A DNA stretch of 64,000 nt from Octopus sinensis (GCF_006345805.1 NC_043002.1:12152001-12216000); one strand, 5' to 3'. Counted from the stretch's first letter, positions 25,138 through 37,905 are shown. Made by a program: numbers and translations. The notes: generated by a model from the letters alone, not told the origin.

Positions 25138-25765
25138 AAGGCGGCGAGCTGGCAGAACCATTATCAAGCCGAGCGAAATGCTTAGTGGTATCTCGTCTTC
25201 TGCTACGTTTAGAGTTCAAATTCGCCGAGGTCGACTTTGCCTTTCATCTTTCGAGGTCAATAAATTAAGTACCATCTGCGTACTTGGGTTGATCTCTAAT
25301 CGACTTAATCCCGCTGCTTGTCCATGTTTGGCCCCTCTATGTTTAGCCCCTTGCAGGCAATAAAGAAGTTAGAAACGTTAGCACGCCGGGCGAAAAGCTT
25401 CGCGGGAGTTCAAATTCCTGTGTGGTTGACTTTGCCTTTTATCTTTCCAGGTCCATAAATAAAGTACCAATTGCGTACTGACACCATCCCACGAAGTTTC
25501 GGCCTTGTGCCAAGAGTCGAAAACAATATTAATGATTCGATTTTTAAGGCGGCGATCTGGCAGAAACGTTAGCATTCCAGGCGAAATGCTTAGCGGGATT
25601 TCGTCTGTGTGCACGTTCTCAGTTCAAATTCCGCCGATCTCGACTTTGCCTTTTATCTTTCGAGGTTGATAAATTAAGTACCAGTTGCATACTGAGGTCG
25701 ATCTAATCGACTGCTCCCCTCTCACCAAATTTCAGGCCTTGTGCCTAAAGTAGAAAAGAATATTC
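25138..25765 (+). mobile_element. Three adjacent family-A SINEs with different tails
   Basis: Heads at ~25138, ~25375 and ~25546; the last carries the tail CCCCTCTCACCAAATTTCAGGCCTTGTGCCTAAAGTAGAAA. Confidence 0.8.
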
Positions 25766-26151
25766 TTATGTTCTTACCAAATAGTTCTGATTCTTACCGT
25801 AAATTTATCTTCGGAGGAACAGCGATAGTTTAGTTCTCCCTCTAAATCCATAAAATATTTAACAAAGTGGGAAATTACAAGGAATACTAATGACTTGTTG
25901 GTACGCAGTATTTTGTGATGCAACCATAATAAAGGGTTAGACGGCTGATGAAGGGGCAAACCTGCCACAATATTGCCTGTAGGCCCATTTTTTTTCTTTT
26001 TTTTTCATTTTCGATCTCATTGTTTGTTTACATCTGACATATCGTATGCGAAACGTCGAAACCAATATCAGTGCTGGCAATAATTCCTTTAGAATATCTG
26101 GGCAGATAATATTAACAAAATACAAGGAATGTCTCGGAGTTATATGTGCAT

Positions 26152-26489
26152 GTGAAAGCGCATGGCTCAGTGGTTAGAGCGTCGAGCTTACGATCGTGAG
26201 GTTGTGAGCTCGAATCCCGGACCGGGTTGCGTGTGATGTTCTTGAACAAGACACTTTATTTCACGTTGCTCCAGTTCACGTTGTAGAAATGAGTTGCGAC
26301 GTCACAGGTGCCAAGCTGTATCGGCCCCTTTGCCTTTCCCTTGGATAACACTGGTAGCGTGGAGAAGGAAGGCCGGTATGCATGGGTAACTGCTGGTCTT
26401 CCTTAAACAACCTTGCCCGGATTTCTGCTTGCGAAAGGTAACTTTCTAGATGCAATCCCATGGTCTGTGTCGTAACCGAAGAGGGTCTC
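26152..26489 (+). mobile_element. tRNA(Arg-like)-headed CORE-like SINE with a distinct 3' half
   Basis: TGGCTCAGTGGTTAGAGCG...CTTACGAT...CTCGAATCCC; GATGTTCTTGAACAAGACACTT. Confidence 0.8.
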
Positions 26490-26618
26490 AGATATGTGCA
26501 TGTGTATACGAAAGTTGACAGAGATAGTGAGAAAGTTACGTAAAGATTAGTTGCATCTAAAACTATGGTGGGTGTATGTTTATACCTCATTTTGTGACCT
26601 GCATAATCGTCCTACATA

Positions 26619-26834
26619 CGAGGGGACGAAGAAAAGTTCCTGGCTTTTAAGGTTTCACGATGGGACTAGTCGGAGGCCAAAATTCCGAGTTCTTTTATAG
26701 GGCTTAGATAAACCTTGGGGACTGCTGCAATAAGTGTGTGCATCTGAGAGGGGAATATGTTCAATAGAATCATAATTAACTGATCCTCCTGTATTTTCTT
26801 TAACCATAGCCAGGAACTTTTCAGCAACCCCTCG
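26619..26834 (+). mobile_element. mariner-derived MITE retaining the transposase C-terminus
   Basis: TIRs CGAGGGG...AAAAGTTCCTGGCT / AGCCAGGAACTTTT...CCCCTCG; TA flank on the left; internal DCCNKCVHLRGEYVQ*. Confidence 0.8.
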
Positions 26835-27077
26835 TGCAGCACACAAAAGGAAATGAGTTGCTGGAAGTTCAAAGCGCTTTGCTTATGTGCAAAACTATTG
26901 TGGGCAGATTAATGAATAATTCAGTGTTCCAACTGTTCTTAGTGTGGATGTGGAGCGATCATAATGGAGTCATCCTCGTTAAGGTGAACGATTCTCATGT
27001 CAATCGTGATTATATTTGATGCCAGTATTTTTATCCACTGATCTACACAAACAACTTGTTAATAGCAGTTATTTACC

Positions 27078-27280
27078 AAGGCGGCGAATTGGCAGAAAAG
27101 CTAGCGCACCGGGCGAAATGCTTAGCGGTATTTCATCTGTTTTTACGTTCTGAGTTCAAATTCCGCCGAGGTCGACGTTGCCTTTTATTCTTTCGGGGTC
27201 GACAAATTAAGTACCAATTACGTACCGGGTTCAACCTAATCGACTGGCCTCCTCCCGCCAAATTTCGGGCCTTGAAAGGA
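27078..27280 (+). mobile_element. SINE family A, alternative tail
   Basis: Head and core, then TCGACTGGCCTCCTCCCGCCAAATTTCGGGCCTTG. Confidence 0.8.
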
Positions 27281-28252
27281 ACATAAGGTGGATTTACTGA
27301 TAATTTCCACAAACATAACGTAGGTATACACACCATAGCTTTACCGACATACCACTGAATACTAGAGAATACCAGTGATATGTTAGTAACTGATTTACTA
27401 CTTCAATCTTTCTGCTCAAATAAAACAAATTATTTATATGTGTGTGAATGTTTAATACTAACATGTGAACTAGATATTAGCCCATTCAAAACTTGTAATT
27501 TACGACGCTATGGTTTACAAATGCCTGACACAAATATATAAATAAATAAATAATGTAGTAGATAGAGCACCTACGACATTCAAAATCCTCGAGCGGGGTT
27601 CAATTTTTGATTGAAGCAAACAAACTCTACTTAACAGTGTACAATCTTCGTGTCCTTGATATAAATATAAAACTCATAAATTCGCTTTTGCATTGTCAAT
27701 AAACTGTGGCTTCGTACTTAAGTACGCAAACAATGGATGAGTTAAATAGGAGATAAGCTCCTTGTTTATGTAAGACGAAAGTGGTGGGTGGGTGGGTTAT
27801 TTCCTTGTTATAAATATGACGAAATATAAAATATAGATTAGTAAGTTTGTCTCGCGAGCACTCGAGCGTAGAATACTACTATTATGACTGATATGACACA
27901 ACATTGTGTGTTTGAGTGAATTAATGCAATAGATTACGTCTTGTGATAAACTAAAGAGATTATAGGATTGATAAGAGGACGAGAAACAGCTGCTGTGGAA
28001 AGGACTTTACAAACTGAATGCGGCCGTTTTGTTACAGACGTAATTGTTGAAATCAAGTTCAGACTTCCAGTTCATTGTGTAATAATATATTCATGTCCTA
28101 TCACTGCCAGCTGTTTAATAATGTAACTCTGAAGCAATTGATTTGACCTGAAGTTAGAGGTCGATTTTTTTTTTTATATATATATTTCTTCGTCATCCCG
28201 AGGACGCATAAGTTCAAAACCCGGCTTTCAAGGTGTGAATATATGGGATCGC

Positions 28253-28918
28253 TAAGGCGGCGAGCTGGCAGAAACGTTAGCAAGCCAGGCGAAATGCATA
28301 GCCTTATTTTGTCTGCCGTTACGTTCTGAGTTCAAATTCCGCCGAGGTCGACTTTGCCTTTCATCCTTTCGGGGTCGATAAATTAAGTACCAGTTACGCA
28401 CTGGGGTCGATATAATCGACTTAATCCGTTCGTCTGTCCTTGTTTGTCCCCTCTGTGTTTAGCCCCTTGTGGGTAGTAAAGAAATATATATGCACACGCT
28501 TAAGGTGGCGAGCTGGCAGAAACGTTAGCATGCCGGGCGAAATGCGTAGCCGTATTTCGTCTGCCGTTACGTTCTGAGTTCAAATTCCACCGCGGTCTAC
28601 TTTGCATTTCATCTTTTCGGGGTCGATTAAATAAGTACCAGTTACGCACTGGGGTCGATGTAATCGACTTAATCCCTTTCTCTGTCCTTCTTTGTCCCCT
28701 GTGTTCAGCCCCTTATGGGGAATAAAGAAATAGGTATTTCGTCTGCCTTTACGTTCTGAGTTCAAATTCCACCGAGGTCGACTTTGCCTTTCATCCTTTC
28801 GGGGTCGATAAATTAAGTACCAGTTACGCACTGGGATCAATGTAATCGACTTAATCCGTTTGTCTGTCCTTGTTTGTCCCCTCTGTGTTTAGCCCCTTGT
28901 GGGTAGTAAAGAAATATG
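28253..28918 (+). mobile_element. Family-A monomer (28253-28490) followed by a family-A dimer (28502-28918)
   Basis: Two heads and three bodies; dimer junction AAAGAAATA|GGTATTTCGTC. Confidence 0.9.
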
Positions 28919-29004
28919 TACGTGATCGCGATTAGAGTACTCCTTCTTCAGTGGGATACCAGTTCGTTGCCTGGCTCAAGGCTTCTAATTTTTTGTTTAG
29001 TTTT

Positions 29005-29380
29005 AGGGGCGCAGGAGTGGCTGTATGGTAAGTAGCTTGCGTGGTATCTTGTGCGAGTGTCTTCTGCTATATCCTCGGACCGACCAAAGCCTTGTGAGTG
29101 GAATTGGTAGACGGAAACTGAAAGAAGTTCGTCGTATATATGTATATATATATGTACGTGTGTATATGTTTGTGTGTCTGTGTTTGTCCCCCCAATATCG
29201 CTTGACAACGGATGGTGGTGTGTTTATGTCTCCGTAACTTAGCGGTTCGGTAAAAGAGACCGATAGAATAAGTACTAGTCTTCCGAAGAATAAGTCCTGC
29301 GGTCGCTTTGCTCGACTAAAGGCGGTACTCCAGCATGGCCGCAGTCAAATGACTGAAGCAAGTAAAAGAGTAAAAGAGAA
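29005..29380 (+). mobile_element. SINE family B
   Basis: Head, small internal deletion, microsatellite and tail. Confidence 0.88.
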
Positions 29381-29754
29381 CGAGCAAATTTAAACGTTGA
29401 ACCAGTGTTTCACTGGTAATTCATTTTATCGACGCCGAGAGCATAAGAAGCGTTGAACTCGGCGTGATTTGAACTCAGAACGTAAAAAGCTGTAAGAAAT
29501 GCGGCTAAGCACTTTGTCCGGCGTTGTAACGTGACTGTTACTGGTCGGTTACAACTTGAAATTTGTGGCACGCTGCTGCTGTTTTATTTCTCCGCTCTTT
29601 GTCAAAGTTATCGCCAACAAAGCAAAGGTTTATTTATTGTCTCAAATGCAATGAAGCAAAATTCCACTCTAAATATTTTGAGGAAAGATTTAATTTGAAA
29701 AGATACCGATAATCAAACTGAAGTAGTTGACTTCGAGAACACTAGTAATGACCT

Positions 29755-30061
29755 GTGGAAGCACATGGCCTAATGGTTAGAGCAGCAGACTCGCGGTCGA
29801 AGGATCGCGGGTTCGAATCTCAGACCTGGCGATGTGTGTGTTTATGAGCGAAACACCTAATCTCCACGTGACCCGGCAGAAGGTAATGGCGAACTTCTGC
29901 TGAGTCGTCCGCCACAACTTTCTCTCACTCTTCCCTCCTACATCTTGCAGCTCACCTGCGACGGAACGGCGTCCCGTCCAGGTGGGGAACCTATATGCCA
30001 AGGAAACCGGGAAAACGGCTCTTATGAGCCACGCGTGGCTCGAGAAGGAACAAACAAAAAC
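29755..30061 (+). mobile_element. SINE family D (tRNA head, CORE-like, V-like domain) with 17-bp TSD
   Basis: TGGCCTAATGGTTAG...GGTTCGAATC; GCGACGGAACGGCGTCCCGTCCAGG; TSD AACACTAGTAATGACCT at 29738-29754 and 30062-30078. Confidence 0.92.
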
Positions 30062-30862
30062 AACACTAGTAATGACCTATGACATCAAATAGTGATAAAT
30101 ATAATTCAGGTCCTTCGTCGGTCAGATCTTTTAACGTATTTCATCTTAAATTGCAAAGATTTGACTTGTGAAGTACTGTCAGATGTCCGTAGGTACAAAT
30201 CTCCTGTCTCCTCTCTCCATATCTTTGATATTGTCTGAAGGAAAGGCTTTCATTTTAACACAGGGCCCACCATGATCCTCATTTGGGGATCTGCGAAAAA
30301 CGGTCTCACTGCCGATTGTTCGTTGTATTTAAAGTGAATTGCTTATGTACTTTGCATTTTCAGAGATGTGTTTTAAAATATTTAGTAGTTAAAGTTTGTC
30401 ATTATTAGCTCTGGCTAATTCTAGAGGACATTTTATGTTATAAATCACAATTTTTGAACCACAAAAGTATTGACTCTTTTGAAAACCTTTTTTCTTTCTT
30501 TTTTTTTGCATTTCCCATCTATATAATTCATCGAAATTTCATACACATTTGCATTTGATACAATAGTTTAAAAAAAACACTAAAATGTTTATTATTGAAA
30601 TTGAATAGAAAAGGACAAATTTGTTTTTTCGGAAAAATTTATTATAATTTCCAAAATAATTCACACATTAAAATATTTAAATACTATATATTATTTTAAC
30701 TCCTAAGACACCTGACAAAGTAAAAAATATATGAGTAAAAAAAATTGGCAGAGAATAGGTTAAGGTCGATACAGACACCCACTGCTTGACAACCCATGTT
30801 AGTTTGCATACGTTCCTGTTACTTAGTTGTTCAGCAAATGAGACAGAAACAGCAAGCAGCAG

Positions 30863-31163
30863 TGGAGGCGCAATAGCCCAGTGGTTAAGGCAGCGGACTC
30901 GCGGTCGGAGGATCGCGTTTTCGCTTCCCAGACCGGGCGTTTGTGTGTGTTTATTGAGCGAAAACACCTAAAGATCCACGAGGCTCCGGCGGAGGTGGGG
31001 GTGGTTACCCCTGTTGTACTCTGCGCATCCATCCATCCGTCGATGCTCTCGGTGTCGGGGGTTGACCTGCTTTCTCTTCGGCGGGTCTCACGAATAGCAA
31101 AGGACCACGTGTCGGACTTCTCCCACTGGGACGAAGACCGCTTCGCTCAACAAACAAACAAAC
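30863..31163 (+). mobile_element. Family-D-headed SINE with a different 3' half, (CAAA)n tail and 16-bp TSD
   Basis: TSD AAACAGCAAGCAGCAG at 30847-30862 and 31164-31179. Confidence 0.9.
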
Positions 31164-31790
31164 AAACAGCAAGCAGCAGACTTCAAAAAATATAAACTAT
31201 TTGAGGCGATTTTTCAACTAAAATCCGCCAAGGGTTTGCCCCAACATGGCCGCAGTATAATAACTGAAATATTTAAAAACGTAAGGGATATGACAGAAAC
31301 ATAGACCCCAGATATAATCGTATTAGTAATGAAAATTTGGAAGATGTCATGTTTTACAGAAGACAATGTTCTAGCATGACCAAAGTCCAGTCTTTGAAAC
31401 CAATAAAATACCAATTTAATATATATTAAAATCGAATGAAAATAAAGAGTCACGATTGGGTAGAGAACTGAGAAAACATTGAAAGATGTGGGAGAAAGGC
31501 TGCTATCGTAGAAAAGTAGGAACGTGGCCAAAATAGATGTTCAACAGACTGGAAGAGACTTAAACTGGAACCCAGATAAGGGAGTTGTAGCAAACTTATA
31601 TTCTGTAAGAATCTGGAGCAAACTCATTGAGAGTTACGGAGATTGACGGAGATGAAAACTAGGGTAAAACTCCGTTGACATGATTATTGTGGGCTGCATA
31701 AACAATGTCAACAACAGCAATAACAATAATAATAACTAAATCGTTTATTGGCCACAAGAGCTTACATAAAATTTAAAATGCATTCAATAG

Positions 31791-32195
31791 GCCTAGGAGT
31801 GGCTGTGTGGTAAGTAGCATGATTACGAACCACATGGTTCCGGGTTCAGTCCCACTACGTGGCACCTTGGACAAGTGTCTTCTACTATAGCCTCGGGCCG
31901 ACCAAAGCCTTGTGAGTGGATTTGGTAGATGGAAACTGAAAGAAGCTCGTCGTATATAAGTATATATATATGTGTATGTGTGTGTGTATATATTTGTGCG
32001 TCTGTGTCTGTCCTCCCAACATCGCTTGACGACCGATGCTGGTGTGTTTACGCCCCCGTGACTTAGCGGTTCGGCAAAAAGACCGGTAAAATAAGTACTA
32101 GGCTTACGAAGAATAAGTCCTGGGTCGATTTCCTCGACTACAGGCGATACTCCAGCATGGCCACAGTCAAATGACTTAAACAAGTAAAAGAGTAT
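31791..32195 (+). mobile_element. SINE family B, near full length
   Basis: Head, CORE-like block, microsatellite and tail. Confidence 0.9.
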
Positions 32196-32269
32196 ATTAT
32201 AAAAATGACAAAAGCAGGACGATGTAATTTGTTTCACAACGTATAAACGATATAATAACAATTAAGATT

Positions 32270-32640
32270 AAACAATTTAAAACCCCCAATAGGGGAGGCG
32301 CTTTAGGGACTACGTGGAAAAAAGCCACAAAGGCACGGGTGCCTGAACAGCCCTTCTCCTTTGGTTTACAGGTGCACGCTCAGAATTGATTCTTTTACAC
32401 TGGCCATTCGTCCAATATTCACACACCTTTCAACAAACTTGCTACAAGGCAACACTTTCCTCTCCACCCTCAACTTTCTTTTCACGTGAAACTTGAAAAA
32501 GTTGATGAGGGCTTGGCCAAAGAGGGATGTGTCTGACTTTAGCCCTTTCAATCGGGTCCACCTTACAACCTCTTTCGCTACAGCCACTAGACAAATAAAA
32601 TTGCCGGTCAAAAGAAGGCGGCGGACCAATCTTCACAATG
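32270..32640 (-). mobile_element. Tx1/L1-clade LINE 3' fragment (ORF2 C-terminus and 3' UTR)
   Basis: FICLVAVAKEVVRWTRLKG...FFKFHVKRKLRVERK...KFVERCVN resembles Tx1 ORF2 C-termini; T-rich 3' end. Confidence 0.6.
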
Positions 32641-32689
32641 GATTTAGCGGATACATAGCAAAAACAAAAATAGTACTAATATATTCCTT

Positions 32690-33490
32690 TCTATTACAGG
32701 TTGAAGATTTGAAATTTTGGAGGAGAGACTAGTCTATTACATTGACCTCAGTGCTCAACAGCTACTTATTTCATCGACCTCGATGGCATCAAAGGCAAAG
32801 CTGATCTCGGTGGATTTTTGAACGTAAAGACAGACGAAATGCCGATAAACATTTTTGTACGGCGTGCTAACGGTTCTGCCAGCTCACCGCCCATTACAAG
32901 AGCAACAATAACAGCAACAATAATGATTCTATCGACCCCGAAATGAAGATCTCTGAGAATTTGAACTCAAAACAACCCGAAAAAAATCGCTACGTATTTT
33001 ATCCGATACTCTGGCAATTATACCAACTTGTCGCCTTGGTAACAAAGCTGACAAGAATAACAATAATAATTCTTTGTACTATAGGCACAAGGCTTGAAAT
33101 TTTGGGGGAGAGGATGAGTCGATTACATCGACCCCAGTGTGTAACTGGTACTTAATTCATCGACCCAGAAAGAATGAAAGCCAAAGTCGACCTCGGCGGA
33201 ATTAGAACTCAGAACGTAACGGCAGACGAAAAGCCGCTAAGCAATTCGCCTGGTATGCTAACGTTTCTTATTCTTTATTGCCCACAAGGAGCTAAACATA
33301 GAGGGTTCAAACAAGGACAGACAAATGGATTAAGTCGATTACATCGATCCCAGGGCGTAGCTGGTACTTAATTTATCGACCCCTAAGGGATGTAAAGCAA
33401 AATCGACCTCAGTGGAATCTGACCTTAGAACGTAAATACCGCTAACATTACGCCGGCGTGCTAACGTTTCTAACAGCTTGCCACCTTTTA
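32690..33490 (-). mobile_element. Cluster of family-A SINE copies and fragments
   Basis: Repeated cores and heads in reverse orientation. Confidence 0.75.
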
Positions 33491-33749
33491 ATCTAACTAT
33501 TCTATCATTCTATTTGCTAATAGAGAATTATTTTCGAAAATAAATGTAATCGTGATTAACCTTTTGAAGCTTATTCGGAAACAGTCGAAGAAACAAAGGC
33601 TATGTTTTTCGTGAAGATGAATAAATTTCTTTCCCCTCGAAGCTATTTCAAGATTACTTTTGCTAAAAGAAATTCTAATTATATATGGGATGAGTTAGCA
33701 CTGTAACAGGTCTAGCTTCAAGCATCCCTTAAGGCTCTCTATTACAAAG

Positions 33750-33789
<40 letters not shown>

Positions 33790-33791
33790 CG

Positions 33792-33829
<38 letters not shown>

Positions 33830-34294
33830 ATATGTTAATGACAAATATAAGTTTCCGGGAAGAAATTTGCGCAGAAATTATTTATTAATTGTGTGATAAA
33901 TTCCCAGAAGCAATTGTTAAGTAAATCTGAAAATGAGATTGTCTTTTTGTGATGTAGAACTCTTGACTTCCTTTTGATATCATGTCATATATATGTGTAA
34001 ATTAATATGAACAGCTAGGCGCAATATAAGACCATAAAGGAAAATGCTAATCGCCAATAATTGTGATAGAGGATACTGAAACAACCATGTAGCAAGAAAT
34101 AAGAGTTAAAATCTTTTAATGCTCTATGAAGTGCGTAATATATTTACACTGGTAGTTACATCCCCTTTCGGTGTATATGTACTGTATGCTTCATACAGCA
34201 TTTTAGAGATTATATCTCTTATCCCCTGCAATATAGTCGCTTCGATAATCTCGGCCACAATTAGTGACCTTTAAAGTATATATATATATATATA

Positions 34295-34443
34295 AGAAAT
34301 TTGAAAACGCCACTATATAAGATAAATTTTAATTTTCTGAGAGATTTAAAATGTTCTGGCTCTTCTTGAAAAAACGAACCCAAACATGTAAAATCTCTCA
34401 GAAAATTAAAATTTATCTTATATAGTGGAGTTTTCAAACTTCT
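34295..34443. repeat. 53-bp inverted repeat enclosing a decayed hammerhead-like spacer
   Basis: Arms 34295-34347 and 34391-34443 (2 mismatches); spacer ends ...CAAA-CATG-T-A-AAATCT with palindrome ACATGT. Confidence 0.8.
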
Positions 34444-34473
34444 GATACACACACACCACACACACACACACAC

Positions 34474-34535
<62 letters not shown>

Positions 34536-34973
34536 ATATATATATATCATATAATGATCCGGATGTATTTTACCTTCGTCCTATAATAATAATTATCTCC
34601 GTAGATTTCTAATGATATTTTGTCATATTTCATATACATTTTTTTTTAAAAGACACGCATAGGTATGAAAGTATATAAAGATCTAATCAATATTAGATTT
34701 ATTTTATTAAAGCAAAATTTAGTAAATTTCCTCAAATAAAATAAATGAATCACATTGGATATAAAAATGAATTAAGTTTTTATTTCACATTTCATATTCT
34801 CAAGGTTTCCATAAATAGAACATCATAATAATGAATATACAAATACCTGAAAAGATGCTATGTATATTTTAGACGTCTTTTTGTTTATTATTTTAATTTA
34901 CTTAAATCTAACCTACTGAAGAGGACAGATTCAACTTTTAACTTTGGTTTAATAAAATAAGGTTGAAATTGAT

Positions 34974-35004
<31 letters not shown>

Positions 35005-35008
<4 letters not shown>

Positions 35009-35352
35009 TAGCCACTACACACATTTTTTCTCTCCTTGTTTCTCTCCTTTTTTTGTCTGTGTCCCTTTCTGTAGAAGAGCGTAGGCTCGAAACGTAAAAT
35101 ACTTTTTCTATTCCTGAGCGTTATACTAATACATCTGTTTGTTTTGTACACCACCTGTCTTCGTCTTTTGTTATTTTTTCGTAAATTCTCCCTATATATA
35201 TTCTAGTAAAAACTGTCCGATGGACGGCAACGGGAAACTCAGAGTAACAGGTTTTGTTGAATTTTCTGCCGCTTTAAATAAAGCATATTACACTGCCACT
35301 GGTATTTGAGTACTCTTTTTTCCACCTTGTTTCACATTTATGTGTTTACTCC

Positions 35353-35421
<69 letters not shown>

Positions 35422-35600
35422 AAATTCTTTTCGTAATGAGATAAAAAAAGGACCAAGGCTGTGTAGATTTTAGAACATTTATTGATAGAATGTCTTACAG
35501 CTGTTTCCAGGATATTTATCATATCTCTTCACCGGAGACGGTGTGGAGGATGTTTAAGAAATAGTTTATGTAGATAAGATATAAAATAGAGAGTGAGGTA
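35005..35600. mobile_element. Stack of three short (TA)n-separated Penelope-like pseudo-LTR fragments, each with a hammerhead-like fold
   Basis: 35066-35099 (+, CTGTAGA), 35213-35250 (+, CCGATGG), 35492-35539 (-, CCGGTGA); each has GAAA, a palindromic stem III and a closing stem I. Confidence 0.6.
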
Positions 35601-35607
35601 GGATATA

Positions 35608-35661
<54 letters not shown>

Positions 35662-35676
35662 ATACATATATATATA

Positions 35677-35707
<31 letters not shown>

Positions 35708-36157
35708 GAATTCTAGAATGAAAATATCGTGTTTTCTGTCAACCTTCAGAATCTGTTACTACTCCAGCTTTTCTGCATTCGAACATGTAAGGAAATCAAG
35801 CAATTGGTATTCATAATACATACAATATCCATTACAAACACCAGCAATGGCTTTACACAGTACAGTTTCAGCTCCTTGGACGTGCGTGACGGTCATGGAC
35901 ATTTTTATTCATTAATATTGATACGATACTCATTATTAATACACACCGATAAATACGCATGCGTGCAAATTTACTTGGTGTAAAAACAGAATGGATAACC
36001 CTCTATTTACTACAAAAAGCACTAAGTAAAAGGAGTTGTTCTTATAAACACACGTAATGTGAAATGGTCGGATAAATATACAATAACTAAAATGAGAAAT
36101 TACGGAGATGTACTTGCATAGCAAGTGACCTGATCTGAGATCGTGTGTTGAAACAAA

Positions 36158-36372
36158 AACAATTGCAGCGTGGAAGGTGTTTATAAGCCATTGAAAAACA
36201 CATAAAAACCGTTAGATTCACTTCAACATTTAAAGTTAATTTGCCAAAATATTTTCGTCGCTTTGAGACCGCGACCTGTTCACTGACAAATTAAATTTAA
36301 ATGTGGAAGTGAATCTAACGGCTTTTGTGTGCTTTTAAATGGCTTATAAACACCTTCCACATTGCAATTGTT
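36158..36372. repeat. ~89-bp inverted repeat (~90% identity) with a hammerhead at its apex
   Basis: Arms 36158-36246 and 36284-36372. Confidence 0.9.
36240..36290 (-). ncRNA. Type-I hammerhead ribozyme with a compensated G3:C8 core
   Basis: Minus strand: TTTGTCA-GTGAACA-G-GTCGC-GGTCTCAAA-GCGAC-GAAA-ATAT-T-T-TGGCAAA; stem I 7 bp, stem II 5 bp, stem III palindrome AATATT. Confidence 0.65.
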
Positions 36373-36717
36373 AAAATGAGAAAACTTCAGATACATTTCT
36401 TTTTTTTTTTTTAGAATCTGTTTTTTCCTATTCATCTTCATCGCTCAGTAGCTTCATCACAAGGAAGGGCTGAGGCTGTACACTTTTTGCTTTCAAAGTT
36501 TCCAATATTGGCGGAAGACAAGGAGCAAGGGTTTTCTTCGGAATAGCAATGTGACACCAACATTCACTGCAAAATTGATTCCACAAGTCACATAGGATGA
36601 TACAAAAACAAACCTAAAGAAGCTCAGCTACAAATCTAAGATGGACATAAATCTACATACTTATAAACAGATAGAGATAGAAATTAATAATTCATTAACG
36701 CAAGGTGAATTATACGA

Positions 36718-36798
<81 letters not shown>

Positions 36799-37608
36799 AC
36801 GTGGATGCACTCAGTGCGCGACATGTTTACATCTCAGGTTTTGGCTGTTATTAGTAATCACGAGAAATTCCCTCTATTGCGAAGATGACATAGGCTTCTA
36901 TCTGACCTGAGAAGGGATATAACGTAGTACAAAGAGCACATTAATAATGAAAGGAAAAGCATGAGGTGTTTGCGCGCCTAGAGGGGCTTCACTGCTTTCA
37001 GATCTCAATTTGAATTCTAACAATGATGGCGCATTATTTGTCATACAGTTCGCCACGTTTACTTAGAACAAAGTTAACTTTTGACTTCATAGGAGTGAAT
37101 TCAACTTTATATATAACAGCTGCAGCGCTGCGTTGACGGGTGAAGTTTACATACATTTGGATTTCTATCCAATTAGCCTCAGTTGATTGCGTTAATTTAC
37201 ATATTTATCAGGTCTTTGTAACACAGGTATCTCAGTTAAACATTGTTTCCTATTAAATTGTTTATCATTTATAGTTGTCCATTACAAAATACAAAATACA
37301 TATTAAGAATAATTGGGAAGTTTTTTCTTGTAATATTGAGCCTAACGATTAACACAGACAATGATAATAATGCTATGGCAAAAATATGAGTATACGTGAT
37401 CTTGTCTTCAAATTAAAAGTGTACGTGATCTTGTCTTCAAATCACCTCAAGTAATTTATTGCATTGGCTCCTCGTTGTCGACAATCGTTTGATCGCTGAC
37501 TCATAATACCACAAGATCTAGGTGCGGGGTAGCTTTATGTGAAATAAGGTGCTACAGTATGTAAGAAAGAAAGAAAGGGTTGGCAAGAAGGTAAAAGAGC
37601 ATCTTATA

Positions 37609-37905
37609 CAGGGTGTTTGGGTTAAATATGACAGCTTGCATACAAGGAAACGAAAACAATATTTCATTAAAAAGTAAAAAATATCAACAAGATTATAGAT
37701 GAGAGATAACAGTTTCCTCAAAGTAGCCACACACACCTTCGACCCAGGCATCAAGACGGCTCTGGAACCTGGTGCATGCATTCTTCACTGTGTCCTTAGG
37801 AATATCTTCAAACACCATCTTGATCTTGGCTGCCAGCGCAGTCTTGGGGCTGCAGGCAGAGCAGTTGTTGTCTTCGTCAACCATTCCCTATACATGGTAA
37901 CCCAG
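37609..37905 (-). mobile_element. Tc1/mariner (DD37D/maT-like) 3' fragment
   Basis: LGYHV*GMVDEDNNCSACSPKTALAAKIKMVFEDIPKDTVKNACTRFQSRLDAWVEGVCGYFE; terminus TA-CAGGGTGT at 37607. Confidence 0.75.

Noticed and set aside
25790-25840. Candidate minus-strand 44-nt exon (GELNYRCSSEDKFT) with a GTAAGA donor
   Set aside because: Isolated and without homology; expected by chance in 64 kb.
26152-26225. tRNA genes at SINE heads (also 11494, 29755, 30863, 46687)
   Set aside because: The cloverleaves are degenerate and run directly into SINE bodies, several with TSDs.
30170-30290. Candidate minus-strand terminal exon (SPNEDHGGPCVKMKAFPSDNIKDMERGDRRFVPTDI*)
   Set aside because: No homology and no linkable upstream exon.
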